Positions 1 to 13,700 of a stretch of DNA of 64,000 bases are shown here, piece by piece. Position numbers and translations under genes: made by a program. How positions within the stretch are numbered: position 1 is the first letter of the stretch; each line of letters opens with the position of its first letter. The notes under the pieces are model-generated. The model was not told the origin of the DNA, did not search any database, and worked only from the letters and a program-made list of their open reading frames with translations. The stretch is from Blastocystis sp. subtype 4 (Eukaryota), in the NCBI RefSeq assembly GCF_000743755.1, contig NW_014569523.1:1-64000 (forward strand), read 5' to 3'.

Positions 1-95
1 CTCCTGGTAGCAAGACGAAGCCCTATGTGAGATCGAAGGGTCGTAAGTTCGAGAGAGCTCGTGGTCGTCGTTCAAGCAGAGGATTCAAGGTCTAA
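1..95 (+). CDS. RPL18: 60S ribosomal protein L18 (eL18), 3' end only
   Basis: Frame from nt 3 reads [33 protein letters not shown], the conserved eL18 C-terminus. TGTTTGTT follows at 127-134. Confidence 0.95.
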   Translation, partial: PGSKTKPYVRSKGRKFERARGRRSSRGFKV

Positions 96-197
96 GAGAA
101 TCTGTATGTGCTTAACCTTCTTGAATTGTTTGTTTGGAATGGGTATATGGAAGAGATAATGATGCTAATAGCAAAATGGATGAATGAAACAAACAGA

Positions 198-2348
198 TCA
201 ACCATGTTTCCATAGTTCTTCCATGATACAAGCAATAAAAAGACCAGTATACATCTTCTCATGAGGATTCTCTAGTGTCAACTGAGAACATACAAGCTTC
301 ATTGCATCCTACACACATAATCCTATCATTGAATCGATACGATCGAAGGTAACAAATCAGCTTTCTCATCAGGAATCACCAGAGCCTGCTTCTGAGCTCG
401 ATCTTTTGATCGTTGTCTTGGTCTATTGAGTTGGGAAGGAAGACAAATCTCTTCAAATCGTTTCATCACAGGATCATAGAAATACCTGAATCTCATTCCT
501 TCTTCTCATTCCTACCCCGCAAAGTGAAAAGCTTTGCATCCAACACAGTAGTGATAATGCTTCCCCTCCTTATCCTGGAACCAATGATGTTGACAGAAGG
601 AACAAATCCCGTTTATGCTCTCATCCTCCAACAGAGTACGTTGACAATGAGCACAGATACGAGGATGCGAAGGAACGAACAACTGAAAACACATTGGACT
701 TCGACAACGATTCAATGATCTGTTGCTCATTCCTCCCTTCCATTCCTACTTTGTTGTAAGTGTCACAGGATCTAATGGAGAGAGTGAAACTGGAATGGCA
801 GATATTGTAGGTAATTCTGACAATGAGCTTGATTCATTCGATATACCAGGAATGATGTTCTTCATCCAAGCTACTTCGATAATGTGTTGATTACAAGATG
901 AGTTGTAGACATGGGAAGTGAGATTGAAGAAATAGCTAGATTTCATTACCATAATTGCAAATCCAACAAGATTGGGTGAAATAGGTTACAATGAACACAA
1001 TATTTCACAGGGAAAGTAATATCAGCAATCTGAAAGATGTCGGGTTGACAACTCGTACAAACAACTAGAGTTAACATGGGCTATCATACAAACGAGGTTC
1101 ATTGGAGATATTCACATCACTGACACGTTTTCCAAAAACAGTCCGGTTTTTTGTCAAATCATTATGAGAGAGATTCTTTTTCAAACAACGCACGCAACGG
1201 TTCTGCAAACTGTGTCCAAAAGCGTTACGGATGTGATGAAGAATTGCAAAAGTGAGTTCTGAAGGAGTTTTTCGATATGTCTGAGCTAATGAGGCAAGAA
1301 CAGAGTTTTCATCAATAGGAAGGGATTGTGGAGAGACATATTGAACATTGTGAGTACTTGCCGAATACAAGTGACAATGGAGGAGAAATGCTTTCATTTT
1401 TGTATCTCTAAATTCTCTAGAATGAAGAGGAAGAAGCACGATTACCGGAGCCAATGAAACTGTTTACAACCATTACACCAACGATAGACTAACACTTTCC
1501 CTTCATTTCCAGTTTTACACCGTTTTGATGCAAATTCATCTTCTGGAACAGTTACAGGAATCGAGAAGTAGAAGCCACTTCGACAACGTGGACAGAGATC
1601 AGCATCATTTGAAGTGTTCCAATTGCATCTACAGTGAATGCAGTGGGCCTTTTCCTTCCAAATCAAGCCACGACTCCTCAAAACTGTCATTACTGTCTCA
1701 GAACAGAGCATCTTCCTTTTTGCTGGAGGAGAGCACGATATCTGAGTATCTAAGTATTAGAATCTACAATAGAAGTCACTGAAGGAAGGATCAGTTGGGA
1801 GTGTGCAATTCAGACAGCTATCCAGAATCTTCGAACAATCCTCAGGAACAAAATACATGAAGTAATGAAACTTATGACAATAACTACAGTACTTATAAGC
1901 ATACTCCAGTTTCTTGTTGGAAAATACGGTGTTGCTACACCATTTACATAGACCTACTAATAAGAATTAGAATTAATGAGAAACAGGAATCTGCTTCTAC
2001 CTCATTCTCATCACAATGAATACACCATTTTCGATCAGTCCATCTTGGTTCTGTGTGAAGCAATCCCAAATGAATCATCTCCTCGTTCAAACCAGGATTT
2101 CGTAAACTCTCAGTTCCACTTCTATAACAATCATTCACCGCAAACACCACAACAACCTATCAACAGGAAACGAGTATTCCATCGCATTCATACCTTTTTC
2201 CAACAAATCGCTCGAATTCACGACTGAACCTATCTATAACATCCAGGAAATAAAGGTCACTTCCATTCCATAAGAATCTCTTGTTAGGAGGGGTGATGGT
2301 CTGAGGAGAGTTCTGTAGCCGTTCCTTTTTCGATGAATGCTTCTCCAT
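198..2348 (-). CDS. Multi-exon Cys/His-rich hypothetical protein (several CxxC zinc-ribbon-like clusters)
   Basis: Minus-strand ORF pieces carry CIHC, CPRC, CNGC, CVRC, CAHC, CSFC and CVGC. They are linked by ~30-nt GT-AG introns (e.g. 309-340). The last exon ends ...MEELWKHG-TGA (198-200), followed by TGTTTGTT at 195-188. Start is approximate. Confidence 0.55.
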
Positions 2349-2424
2349 TTGGTCATATACCACCACAAATCGAAAAAGGAGATGGTGAGAGAATCTCTGA
2401 TCATCAACAAACACATCAAAGAAG

Positions 2425-5400
2425 TTAAAAGCACTGTTCCTTTACTCGCTTCTCATTTCCACCACTCTCTTCACCATTCCTTTTCACTGATTGACTTTCC
2501 TCTCCTACACTGAATTTGATGTGTCGTAGTTTCCTAAAAACATAATTCTTACACTGGTCAGCTCCTTCCATTCCTTCAATACACATTGCTACTTCAGGAA
2601 GCGCGAATCCGAAGGCTTCTGATCCATTCACCACGTAACGTGTAGGTGGTCTGCCTAGCTTCTGTTCCTGTTCATTCAACAGCTCTAACACTCGTTCCCA
2701 AGCACCTGTTGCAGTTTTTGCGATGATTGGTTGATTTGGCGCATCTTCTGCGACGATCTCAAATTCAGGACCCTATGCTCAACATGAATGAAACTCCCCT
2801 ACTGTTGGTCCTCCATCACAAATCATGGAGGTATACGTCACAGTCTGATAAGGATCTCGGAAGGAAATGAAAGGTCGAATCGATCGATATCCTACAGGCC
2901 AAATGTAGCTGGGGTTATGATAACTTGGCCATGCAGTGACAATGTACCCCAGACTCAGGATCGTAGTACCACGTACAGAGAAAGGGAGTGTTCGACTTAA
3001 CAACATTTGTCGAGCCTCCTGATGTGCAAGAATCATCACATCTCTAAGCATCTTCATTGTTACGGATTCTAAAGGAGGCGTATCTGATCGATTCATAGGT
3101 CGAGTCATTGTCCATAGAGGTAAAGTATATTGTTGGGAGACTCCTTCATGCTGACGCCACAAGGCTGGGATGCTGGATTCGGTTCCATGACGGACTATGG
3201 ACTGACGATTACACACCTTCTGATTCTTCTTCCAATATAGTTCTTGTAACAACAAAACCTGGCCAGGAAGTCGTTTCTGTATTCCTTGGAGAGTCACAGC
3301 TAGACCACGCATCTCCTTTCTGACCATCAGACCCAAATCAGACGGAGTTCCATTGATTGATGTGATGATAACTATCGAATACCACTGACGCAGGAACCGG
3401 AGGATTGTGTTGATTCTCTTCAGGACATACAATGCAGGAAGTCCGGGCACCTATACCTCAAATCCACCAATCATTCTTACCAGATCAGATCGATTCACTC
3501 GTGGTGACTTCTTCTGAATTGCATCATCGAGTGTGTAGGATGACTTTCCAGATTCCAGTCCCTTTGTTGACGTACCTGACTCGGCTGGCTCTTCCATTGG
3601 TTCAGCATCGATTCCAGCCTTCGCACCTCTCTTTCCACCACGTCTGCGACTGCTACTGCTTCGCCGTTTTGCTTCTTCCTGTTCACTAATGAAGAAAGGG
3701 AGTTCAGGATCTTTCCATAGCACATCCCACTCCACAACACCCCAGTGATACAAGCCATGTAACAATGCCAAGTCGTGAATGGGAGGAGACCAACCTTTAC
3801 TCATGTTGTCTTGATGATGAGTACTACTGGATGACCAGCGTCGTAGGAGGACTTGTAGAACTGTGTCCTCTCGTGACCATACTAACAACTGCAGCTCATA
3901 GAACAATTGTAGTCGGCTGTGCAGACGCTGCGCTAGTACTGTGGAAGGAATCAAAGCCTCTATATCTGCTGGGATCTTAGCAGTCTCTGCTCCAGAAGCG
4001 GCTATTTCTTCTTCCATTCCTTTATTCTTTCCTACTTTTGACTTCGCAGGCATCTCACAGATATGACGCGTCTTTTCTTCAATGAAACGGGTGAGTGTAA
4101 CGACCTCAGAGTACGACTTGTACAATAGACCACTCTGTACCTTGAGCATACGATATGGCACGTAAAGATCACAGAAGAGACAATATGAAAGAGGATCTGC
4201 TCGATAACGACAGACTGGACACTTGTGGTAACCAAATGGAGAGGCTGTATCACGAGCCGAATGAGACTGAGGATCTGCTAGTAAGCCTAATGGGACTTGT
4301 GTGACCGGCTTCCCAACAGTATTCTGTACATCTCGGATCATCTCATCCATGAGATCACAAATTTCAGTCAGTAATTTCTCTTCATGAAGAGCTGACTCTG
4401 GGAGACTAGAATGATCTGAGTTAAGAAGCTTTAATCGGTCTATTTCTGTCATAGGAGGAATAGGTAATCCCCAGCGTAATATCGCATTTCGCATTGCTTT
4501 GGATTCTTTGATCAGCCATGTTCCCATGAATGGAGCACTTGCTTTCTTTGTCTTCTTTGGAGATGTGGTTGGATTCACATAGTCCAGAGATGTACTCTGA
4601 AGGCCTTTAGCTAGAGCTGCTTCCATTGCATCCACTAGACGACGAATTCGCTTCATTAACAGCTGTGTTCCAGGGAATAACTTAGCATTGGCCGAGGTCA
4701 AATCCGGCTTCGCTCCAGTGGTAGCAGATAAATCAGCTTCAGGTTTCACTAGTACTGGCGAATCCATATCACCTTTCATGGAACATGGAGAGAATTCAGC
4801 CTCTGCTTTCACCAACACTGGTGATGTATCAACCTCCACTTCATTCTCTTCAATTGGCTCTTCCTCTTCTGTACTCTGATACGGATACACCACTCCCTTC
4901 TGCTTGAAACACAATGTTTCATCTTCACAGATTCCCTTCCAGTTACCCCAACCATGACGTACTGTTCCCAGCAAGCAGTCTCTATCTTCTTCAGGACCCC
5001 ACCAGGCAGCTGGTGTCACAGCTCGACGAGGCTTTGGCAGAACAACAGATGCTCCTTGGGTAATATGGAAAGCATTAACATCTTTGTGGAGACGATACAG
5101 GAACGAGAAGTGTTTGAGATAACGAACAGCTACACGTGTCATTCGATGTAGCCATGTAACATCTCGGACCAGAAGAGGGTACTGACGAGGGAACACTACT
5201 GGTCATGCTGCCTTATTATTCACCTACCATCATCATCCTTCTTTGAGGAATCACTGCTCTCAGCAATAACTCGACACACCTCATACTGATCTACAAAGTG
5301 CTGAATAGCTTCACGACCATGTTGAGCACTACGAGATGGACTACTTGAAAGCTTCTTTAGATCTCCATCCTCTTCCAGAATCTAGTGATGATCCCTTTCT

Positions 5401-8400
5401 CATCTTCTCTTACCCAAGCAATTCGAGCCAACTGACCAATAATGCAAGCAGCAAGAAATCGAACTGATATTTGAGTATGCTTCTGGATTCGTTTATGGTT
5501 ACATATCGAGTCCCATTGACCCCAACCATATGCTAATAACTAACCATGAATGGATTCTATTGTACCTTACCAATTTCACTAGTACATCACGATCTGTCTT
5601 TATCCATTCACCCTCATCTTCAAAACCAGCTTCTTGCCCTCCTTCATCACACTCTCCCATGTTATATTCAATCTTACGTCGAACACGAGGACCCATAATG
5701 ACCTCCTGGGGTTCCTTCAGACCCACTACTTTGGTCCAGAAGTTGGGATCATTGATATCCACTTCTGTTGAAGTGTCGGTTACAAATGAGGCCTTTGAGA
5801 AGGATGAACCTCCTTGGGAATCGATTGTGATTACCTTTGTGTTCTTCTCAAGAATTTGATCGATATCAGCTTCACAGAAAGCATTACTCAGCTCTTCAGT
5901 TCTTCCTTCTCGTTCTTCTTTGAAGAAATCATACGCTCCATACTTCAGAAGTGTCTCAGCTTCCTTCTTGTTCATTCTCTATTCATCATTCATTCTCTAT
6001 TCACTCACTTGCATCTCACTTAGACCCGTGTTTGTGATATTCTGTTTCAAAGGATTTAGAACGGCTTTATCCAGTCCCAACTTCAAATTAGCTCTCTGGA
6101 ACATCTCCATTTCATATGTTCGATTCGTGATCAATCTATACACTTTCACTGCCTTGTCCTGACCAATACGATGGCATCTTGCCTGAGCTTGAATGTCATT
6201 CTGAGGATTCCAGTCAGAGTCATAAATAATCACTGTATCAGCTGCTGTCAGATTGATACCAAAGCCTCCTGCTCGTGTACAGATAAGGAATATGAATCGA
6301 TCACTACCAGGAGCTGAGAATCGATCGATTGCAGCCTGTCTCTCATTGATCTTCACTCCTCCATCAATCCGTTCAAATGAATATCCCTTGAGTGTGAGAT
6401 AGTCTTGAATAATGTCCAGCATTCGAACCATTTGAGAGAATAACAGTACTCGATGGCCTTGTGAACGTAACTTTGGTAACAGCTTATCCAATAACACCAT
6501 TTTCCCACTTGTTGCAAGGAGATACTTATGAATGAGATTCGGAGGCAGATCCTGGAGACTATGAATGGTTTCTGAAGGATTCGTTAGAGATTCATGAGCA
6601 ACTAAGGTTAAGAAAAGAAGTTACTATTACAAATATCAGCAAGAACAGAAGATTCAACACCACGAATGAGGAAGGGATGATTGCAACACTTCCTCAGTTC
6701 CATCATGATATTCATAAGTGAAGGAAGGTTCTTACTATCATTGCCAATGCTATCACTCATATGGTGTATTCATTCCTACAAGACAGATGTGTTGTGATCA
6801 TACACAGCCCTATAATATTTCTTCTGAAGAGCCGTCAGTTCAACATTGATCACCGTTTCCTCCTTAGGCTTCAATGACTTCTCCACATCTTCCTTCATTC
6901 GACGTAGCATATAAGGTTTCAGTTCACCATGAAGTTTCTCGAGTTGTGCAGCATCCTTCATATCACCGAAATCAGCTTGGAAGCTATTGATGTCATCAAA
7001 ACGTTCGGGTTGAAGGAAGTTCAACAAAGTCCATAACTCCTCTGTGTTGTTCTAATGATTACATCACTTCAACACACTCACTTGTAATGGTGTTCCAGTT
7101 AGCAACAACTTACATCCAAATTCCATCTTCCTCAGTACATCACCCAACTTGTTATTCCGTCCTTTCAGACGATGAGCTTCATCCACTACCACACCTGCCC
7201 AACTCACACTACTCAACAGAACACTCTCCACAATAGCAATCTCGTATGTTGTCAACAATACGTCAAACTCACCTTGCTTGGATTTCCATTCATATCGCAG
7301 AATATTCTCACGTGACTCTACAGAGCCATGTAAGACAACCACATGCATATTCGTCCAACGACGAACTTCTGATTCCCAGTGAGGTAGAGTGGATAATGGA
7401 GCTACCACAAGGAAGGGAGGAGAAATCTTATAACCCTGAATGATCATATTCATGAACATAGTTGATTGAACAGTCTTTCCCAGTCCCATTTCATCAGCAA
7501 GAATACTGTTACGTCGGTTAATCCAATTCCAGATCAGCCAATTAGTACCCTCCACTTGATAAGATCGAAGTCTGTTTCCTTCTTTGAACTCTGTGTCTAC
7601 AGATAGTTTACGATATTCTAAGATCGAAGGTCGCCATTTTGGAGGATTAATCAAATCACTTACATCACGATTCCTATCTTTCATAACCTCACTCTATTCA
7701 TACAAATGATTATAATAATTCACAATCGAAGCGGAATCTTGGAAATCATCGAAAATCTCCCAAGACAAGTCCTTATAAGGAAGACCACGCCATTTGATTC
7801 GGAATTCCTTTACATAGGATCCATGCTCACCATATTCCGTTTCGGAAAGCAATGCCTCAATGTCTGGATTATTTTCCACTTGTACATCAATTGACTCATC
7901 TTTTGGAACAATACGAACATCCAGGACACGATCAACTTCCGTGTAATCTGGATTGAAAAATACATCAGCTCCATATACATTCAGATCAAAAAGCAGATTT
8001 GGCTCGTTCCGAAGGAAACGCTAGATGTGAATAGAAAGAAGAGAGGAAACCATAATCTTCTGCTTCATACGAGGACCTTCTAATTTCATCAATTCTTCTT
8101 CACTTTCCCATGTAGTATGCAAATAAGATAGATTACGCCATTTCACTAAGTACAGTTGAACATTCTCGAGTAATTCTAATTATAATCTCCTGAAACAGTC
8201 CAAACGTTCCTTTTCAATATCTTCCCAGCGATGAATCTGAAGACGAGAACCCGCTTTAATGTAACGGGTATTCATTTTCTTCAACAATGGAATCCACTTG
8301 GAGATAGGAAGAGTTTGACGATATAAAATCGACTCCACACGCAATTGAGTATCGACATCGTTTCCCTGTGCTACACTACAAGTTACACCATTTCCAAAAC

Positions 8401-8866
8401 ATCTACATAATAGAGGATGCATCTGTTTCTTCCTCCATAGATTCTGGAGCCTGACGAGTCCGCCTGCGTTTTGCTGTTGTTGCTAGAAATAAAAGACTGC
8501 AATACACACCTACCAGTGCGTTTTATTAACTTCACTTCATCATCATCTTCAAGTTGTAATTCCTCTTCTGGATTTGTTTCTTCACTATCTTCTGTAGTGT
8601 CATCGTCATCTTCGTTACCAGATTCGGTGGACGTGGAACTATCCTCTGTCTCCTCACTGTCTTCGTCAACCCGATCAAAAGTATCGCTCATAACTTCTTC
8701 GTCATCCTGAGCACCCATTTCCACTTCCATTGTATTTGAAATCACAGCATCTTCCTCATTTCTATATCACACAGATTAGAACCAACGTGGTCAGATACAA
8801 ACATCACTCTTCAAAACCCATGTTCCTCAATCACAATTCCTACCTCATTCTTTTCTGGGAACTCAT
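2425..8866 (-). CDS. CHD-family (CHD6-9/Kismet-like) chromatin remodeler: tandem chromodomains, SNF2 ATPase, helicase-C, SANT/SLIDE-like region, C-terminal FYRN/FYRC
   Basis: Chromodomains: [29 protein letters not shown] and [14 protein letters not shown]. ATPase/helicase motifs: [18 protein letters not shown] and [25 protein letters not shown] motifs: [10 protein letters not shown] and NGSEAFGF. Start is either 8866 (via an 82-nt intron) or 8730. Motif at 2413-2406. Confidence 0.9.
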
Positions 8867-9067
8867 TTTTGTTTATAACAAAATACAGGATAATTCTTCT
8901 ATAATAGATAGACAACGACAGAGCAGGTATGAAATGAACCGAATTTGCTCACTACAAAAGGCAAATACGATTCTTATGTATCAACCAGTTTCCCGGGTAT
9001 ATTCCCGCGCATTTCTAACAAACACACTGCGCTCAACAAATTATTAGAGTACATCAAAACTTTTACT

Positions 9068-10610
9068 TTAGACGCTAGAACAGAATTGTTCCAGCTCATC
9101 ACTCAGACTACTGAGATACAAATAGACATCTGTTCCGTATCCTTCCATCGAGAACAACTAGAAATCAGTCTTTCATTCCATCTATACCTTAATATCGCCA
9201 CCAAAGTATCGCGAGTAGATTCTTGATACAGGAAGACCATATCTATCAATCATCTTCCTCTCTTAGCTATACCCAAGACCAGCATAGTGATCACGCATTA
9301 CAGGTGACATCGACAACAAATCATCAATGTGCCCACTCTCGCTATCAATTCGATTATTACGAATTGCTTGTGTCGCTGAATGTGTGTAAAACTTATTCTC
9401 TTTTCCCTCGCCCATAAACTCGTATTTATCTTGTTTCTCGTGACTGTTCAGATATAAATCATGTTCAGTCTTCTCGTAGTAGTGGAAATAACGATCTACC
9501 CATGGAGGAGCATCTGCTGATGTGTATGTGTAGTTCCAGACTTTGTTCATTTCTGTTCGAGGAATGCCTCCTCCCATATCTGATATCTACTAATCAGTGC
9601 TGCATCATTACCACACCTTGATGGTCAAATCATTTTCTCCATGGGAGATGATCATGGTAATAGGCTCAGGTTCTGTTTCTCCGATCTTCTTCATATTCTC
9701 CATGGTGGCACGCATCGAATTCTTCATAATTTCAAAGATCATGTGATGTAAATGAGAAGGAATGTAATCGAATGGTCTTATTCTTATCGATCAATATCAA
9801 TTATACCTCAGTTTCTTAGCGAAGAATACCTTGACTGACGGTGCTTTGTGGTAAAATTTTTCGGTTAGTTTTGTGCTGCGATCAATTGCTTTTTGAAATA
9901 CACCGAAATCGATTGTTTGAATACGGCCTCCAGGACGTGCTAGACTCTTTACATATTGTCCAAGAAGCATAATAATCGAAATATGTAAAGAGACGAAATC
10001 ATCCAAAGAGACATTAATCATTTCATTTTCAAAGTCTGTGATGGGGTATGTGTCCTAAGGGTCAATGCATTTCTCTTTCCATACTCTTCTTCGTTTTTCC
10101 TTTAATTGACAAACACCACAAGCCATCAGAGGATATACATGCTATGTACTAATTCTAGGGCATTAGCTCTACCTGAAGATCTCGTTGAACACGCGCTAAT
10201 CGGGCCGTAAACTCGGTATCTTCCATAATTGTTCCGGGAATCTTCATGTTGGTAATCTCTGCCTCACAACGATCATACAAGGAAATAAGGTCGATTGTGG
10301 CAGGCATTTCGTTGAGTTGGCACGGAAGTGAACTCAATACGGATGTTGTTGCCTAGAAATTACAGATCCAAAGAATTTAAACGGCAAAACGGATTGGAAG
10401 TTCGGTGGAAACAAAGCGTGCAAGAGAGAGACGTACGGGAAAGTTGTCTTGTGATTCGGCATATGCTTTCAACGACTGAATTGACAAAGGAGTTGGATGA
10501 TTCGAACTCTTCGGCTGGATCCCCATAATCCCACGAGTAAGAACGGAACGAATCGTCGTAAACGGCAATATACGGGATGTATGCCGAATTGGATTTGCAA
10601 ATGCCAACAT
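9068..10610 (-). CDS. PDK: Mitochondrial pyruvate dehydrogenase kinase / BCKD kinase family
   Basis: N-terminal presequence-like stretch, then PTPLSIQSL, ELPIRFA, YIPSHLHHMIFEIMKNSMRA, DMGGGIP and AGLGYGLPVSRIYSRYFGGD...MEGYGTDVYLYL. Stop TAA at 9068-9070. Confidence 0.9.
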
Positions 10611-10765
10611 CTACTCAAAGATTATGAATGAAAAGTGGAAACGGCGGTCGTTGAAACTGTGTTTTTGAGTAATCGTAATACTGAAAGATAATGAACCAGA
10701 GAGTCACAATACGCGAAGACTCACCAATAAATCGTAACAAACAACTTCGGCAAAATAGCAACCCA

Positions 10766-13700
10766 TCAAATGTTCGTGGCTTTTGGCTTGCGCTTTCTTT
10801 CTTTGTTCAATTCCATGGATAATGGAACAGAGATATCTATCTATCACTTCGAATCCAATCTCCCACTTCTCTTGGATATCTCTTCTAGTCTATAGAACGT
10901 GCCAATATCGAAGGTACATTTTGTTAGTGACTTGGTTTCTAAAGGTCACAAATCTTCTCCATTCCCACCAATTCCCGTGAATACTGTACAAGAATAGAAA
11001 CTGAAGTCCATACAAGTAAGATCTTTCAATCGACCGAGATTGTGCAGAGTAAGGGATGAGCAATGGAAGAAAGAATAGCTTCCAAATGTACATTCCGTCA
11101 CTGCTGGTAAATCTATTGATTACTCATTTCTAACTCAAAATACCTTTAAAAACAGCAGTCTGACAGTGATAAAAGGAGTAATTTCCCATTTCGAAGTTTT
11201 GCAGGAGTGGTAAATCTACATGAAATCTCCTCTTTGATTCATACTGGTCAATTCCAGATCTGAACAACCAAAAAAGGCATAAGATCGGTTGTTATATGGA
11301 TCCTTATGACTAGCAGTACCAACACGAAGGCTCTGAAGTAAAGGAAGATCTTCCATACGGAAGAACACAAAGTCAGAAAAAGATCCATTTCCAATCGATA
11401 CGGACTGCAGAAGGGGACAGGAAGAGACAATGAAACTGGCCTTCTGTTTAGCGATTCGGTCTTTCTGAGTGAATGGATTGGAAGTATCGCTGCGCTGAGA
11501 TTGGGTGAACGAATCCTCGCCAATTATGATAGATTCCAATTGAGGCAACTGCGTAACTTTGAAAATCAGACAGGCTCTCCCTACACTGTTTCCTACGATG
11601 ATCCGTCGAAGACGTTGCTGGGTCTGAAGTATCAGACTGTCTAGAGTGTTCAATCCATCACTACAGAAGAACACAACAGAATTCTCTCGGATCCGGGTTA
11701 GTTCAGTGGGTGTTGTCACAGCTACTTCACCTCGTTTCAATTCCTTCACATTCATAGTCTCAGGTCGCTGTGTAGGAGTCAAACGATACTGAGTATGCAA
11801 GCGACCATTGGAAGGATCCTGATAGATAAAGGCATAAGGAGGAGTTGTAAAGGAAGCATCAGAATATTCATCTGAAACGAATTTGAAGACAAGAGAATGT
11901 GTAAGAGAATCCGGGAGAACCTTAGGGACTGGAAACCCTTGAGACCAAAGGTAGCAGAGATGACTGACCATAGCGAACTCACGTAAATGAATTTGACCAG
12001 TTTCTTTAGGATCCACTAACTGAAGAATACTCTGAAGTACCTATTCCTTACTCTCCTTAAATACAGTTTACAAATTTAGCTCGATTCAGTTGATGGAAGA
12101 AGGATTTGATCTCATCAGTGATCACATAATTGCTACGTGTTCTCAAATCTGTGAAGAAGATGAATGCACGTTCCATCTCCTCCACTGTCACACATTGCAT
12201 CACAGCTCCATATAACTCATCTAGATTACTTCTCATTTCCATGCTTGGACTAGGAGATGGAACAGGCTTTGATGGACGAGTAGGTTTTGCGGGAAGAGAA
12301 GGTTTCACAGGAAGAGGAGGACGAACTTTAGGAGGGATTGCTGGTGCTGATTTCGAGTCACTTCGAATAAGTCGATGTGGTTCTTCCGACCATGACTCTA
12401 CACTTGTTCCTCGTTCTCGCAATGCAGATTTCGATGGCAGCGGAGGAGGAATTTTCTTAACTGAATTATTCCGTGAGACTGATGAGGAGGAAGAAGAAGG
12501 TGTGACAGAAGAACTTTCATATGATGAATATGAACCACTATCACTAGAAGATTCACTGAAGAAGTCATCCCAATTGAAATCATCATCATTAGTCTCTGTC
12601 TTGACCGAATGAAAACTGATACCACTCTCACTATTGAATCGGTTCTTATCATCTTTCTTTTGGATAATGGAAGAGTCTTGTAGAAGTTCCTCGAATATGG
12701 GCTCACGTTTAAGAACAGAGGTCTTCTTTCTGGTTTGCGGCATAACCTGTTCCTTAGGTTGTTCGTTAGAAGAAGAAGGCACCTCTGAAGTAGGTTTTGA
12801 TTTGGATAGTTTAAGTATTGCCGGTTCTGACTTTGGTTGAGATACTCGAGAATCACTCGTAAGAGAAGATAATTCTGAAGTAGGTTTTGATTTGGACGGT
12901 TTAAATCTCGTTGTTTCCTGTTTCGACTCATTAGGACGAGTTGATACATCTGATGTGAGTTTGGACTTGGATGGGGTCGATACTGTCTGTTCTTGTTTGG
13001 GTTGAGAGGGCCGAGAGTCACGCATAAGGAGATCTCCAGGAGGCGGTGGGAGGAGACGAGAGGAAGGCTTCTTTATTGGAGATGCAGTTACGGGAACAGA
13101 TTGAGTCGATACAGGTGAAGAAGATGGGAAAACGGATTTGGAATCTACAGGTTTCGGAGTTGGTTCTATGGCAGTTTTCGTTTCCACATGGTTGGAATCA
13201 ACTGTTGGCTTCATGGTTTGTGTAGGTTTTGATGTCTGAGATACGGATTGAGGAGATTCAACTGGAGATGAAATAGGGAGGAATGAAGTTGTTGGAGGAA
13301 CCAGGGTCTTTGAAGTCAATCCAGTGGACCCAGTAATAGGAACCGATTCATTGATCTGTCCAGTAATAGGTCCAGTTGGCTGTGGATAGAATACATTAGA
13401 ATAAGGACCAGAAGGAGGATAGTATCCGTACGGATAGGATATGTCTTGAGGCATTACTCCATAAGGCAAGACACCATATGGGTTAGATAGCGGTTCTGAT
13501 GGAGGATAGCCTGGTAACGGTTGCATCATCATTGGAGATGGATTCATAGTCTGAGATGAAGAAGATACCTCAGGTGGTGGCAATAAGGATCCATCAGTTT
13601 GAAGAACATAACCATATGGAATAGAAGAAGATGAGATCTCTGAAGGGAGGCCATATGGAAGAGATGAGGTTGAGTCAGGATAATACCCATAAGGAAGAGA

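Noticed and set aside
8762..8843. Possible C/D snoRNA in the 82-nt putative first intron of the CHD gene
   Set aside because: No proper RTGATGA box, the CTGA is internal and there is no terminal stem.
12130..13021. Long alternative-frame and antisense ORFs over low-complexity regions (also 19967-20575, 39221-39739, 60629-61408)
   Set aside because: Compositional shadows of Ser/Pro- or Glu/Lys-rich coding sequence.
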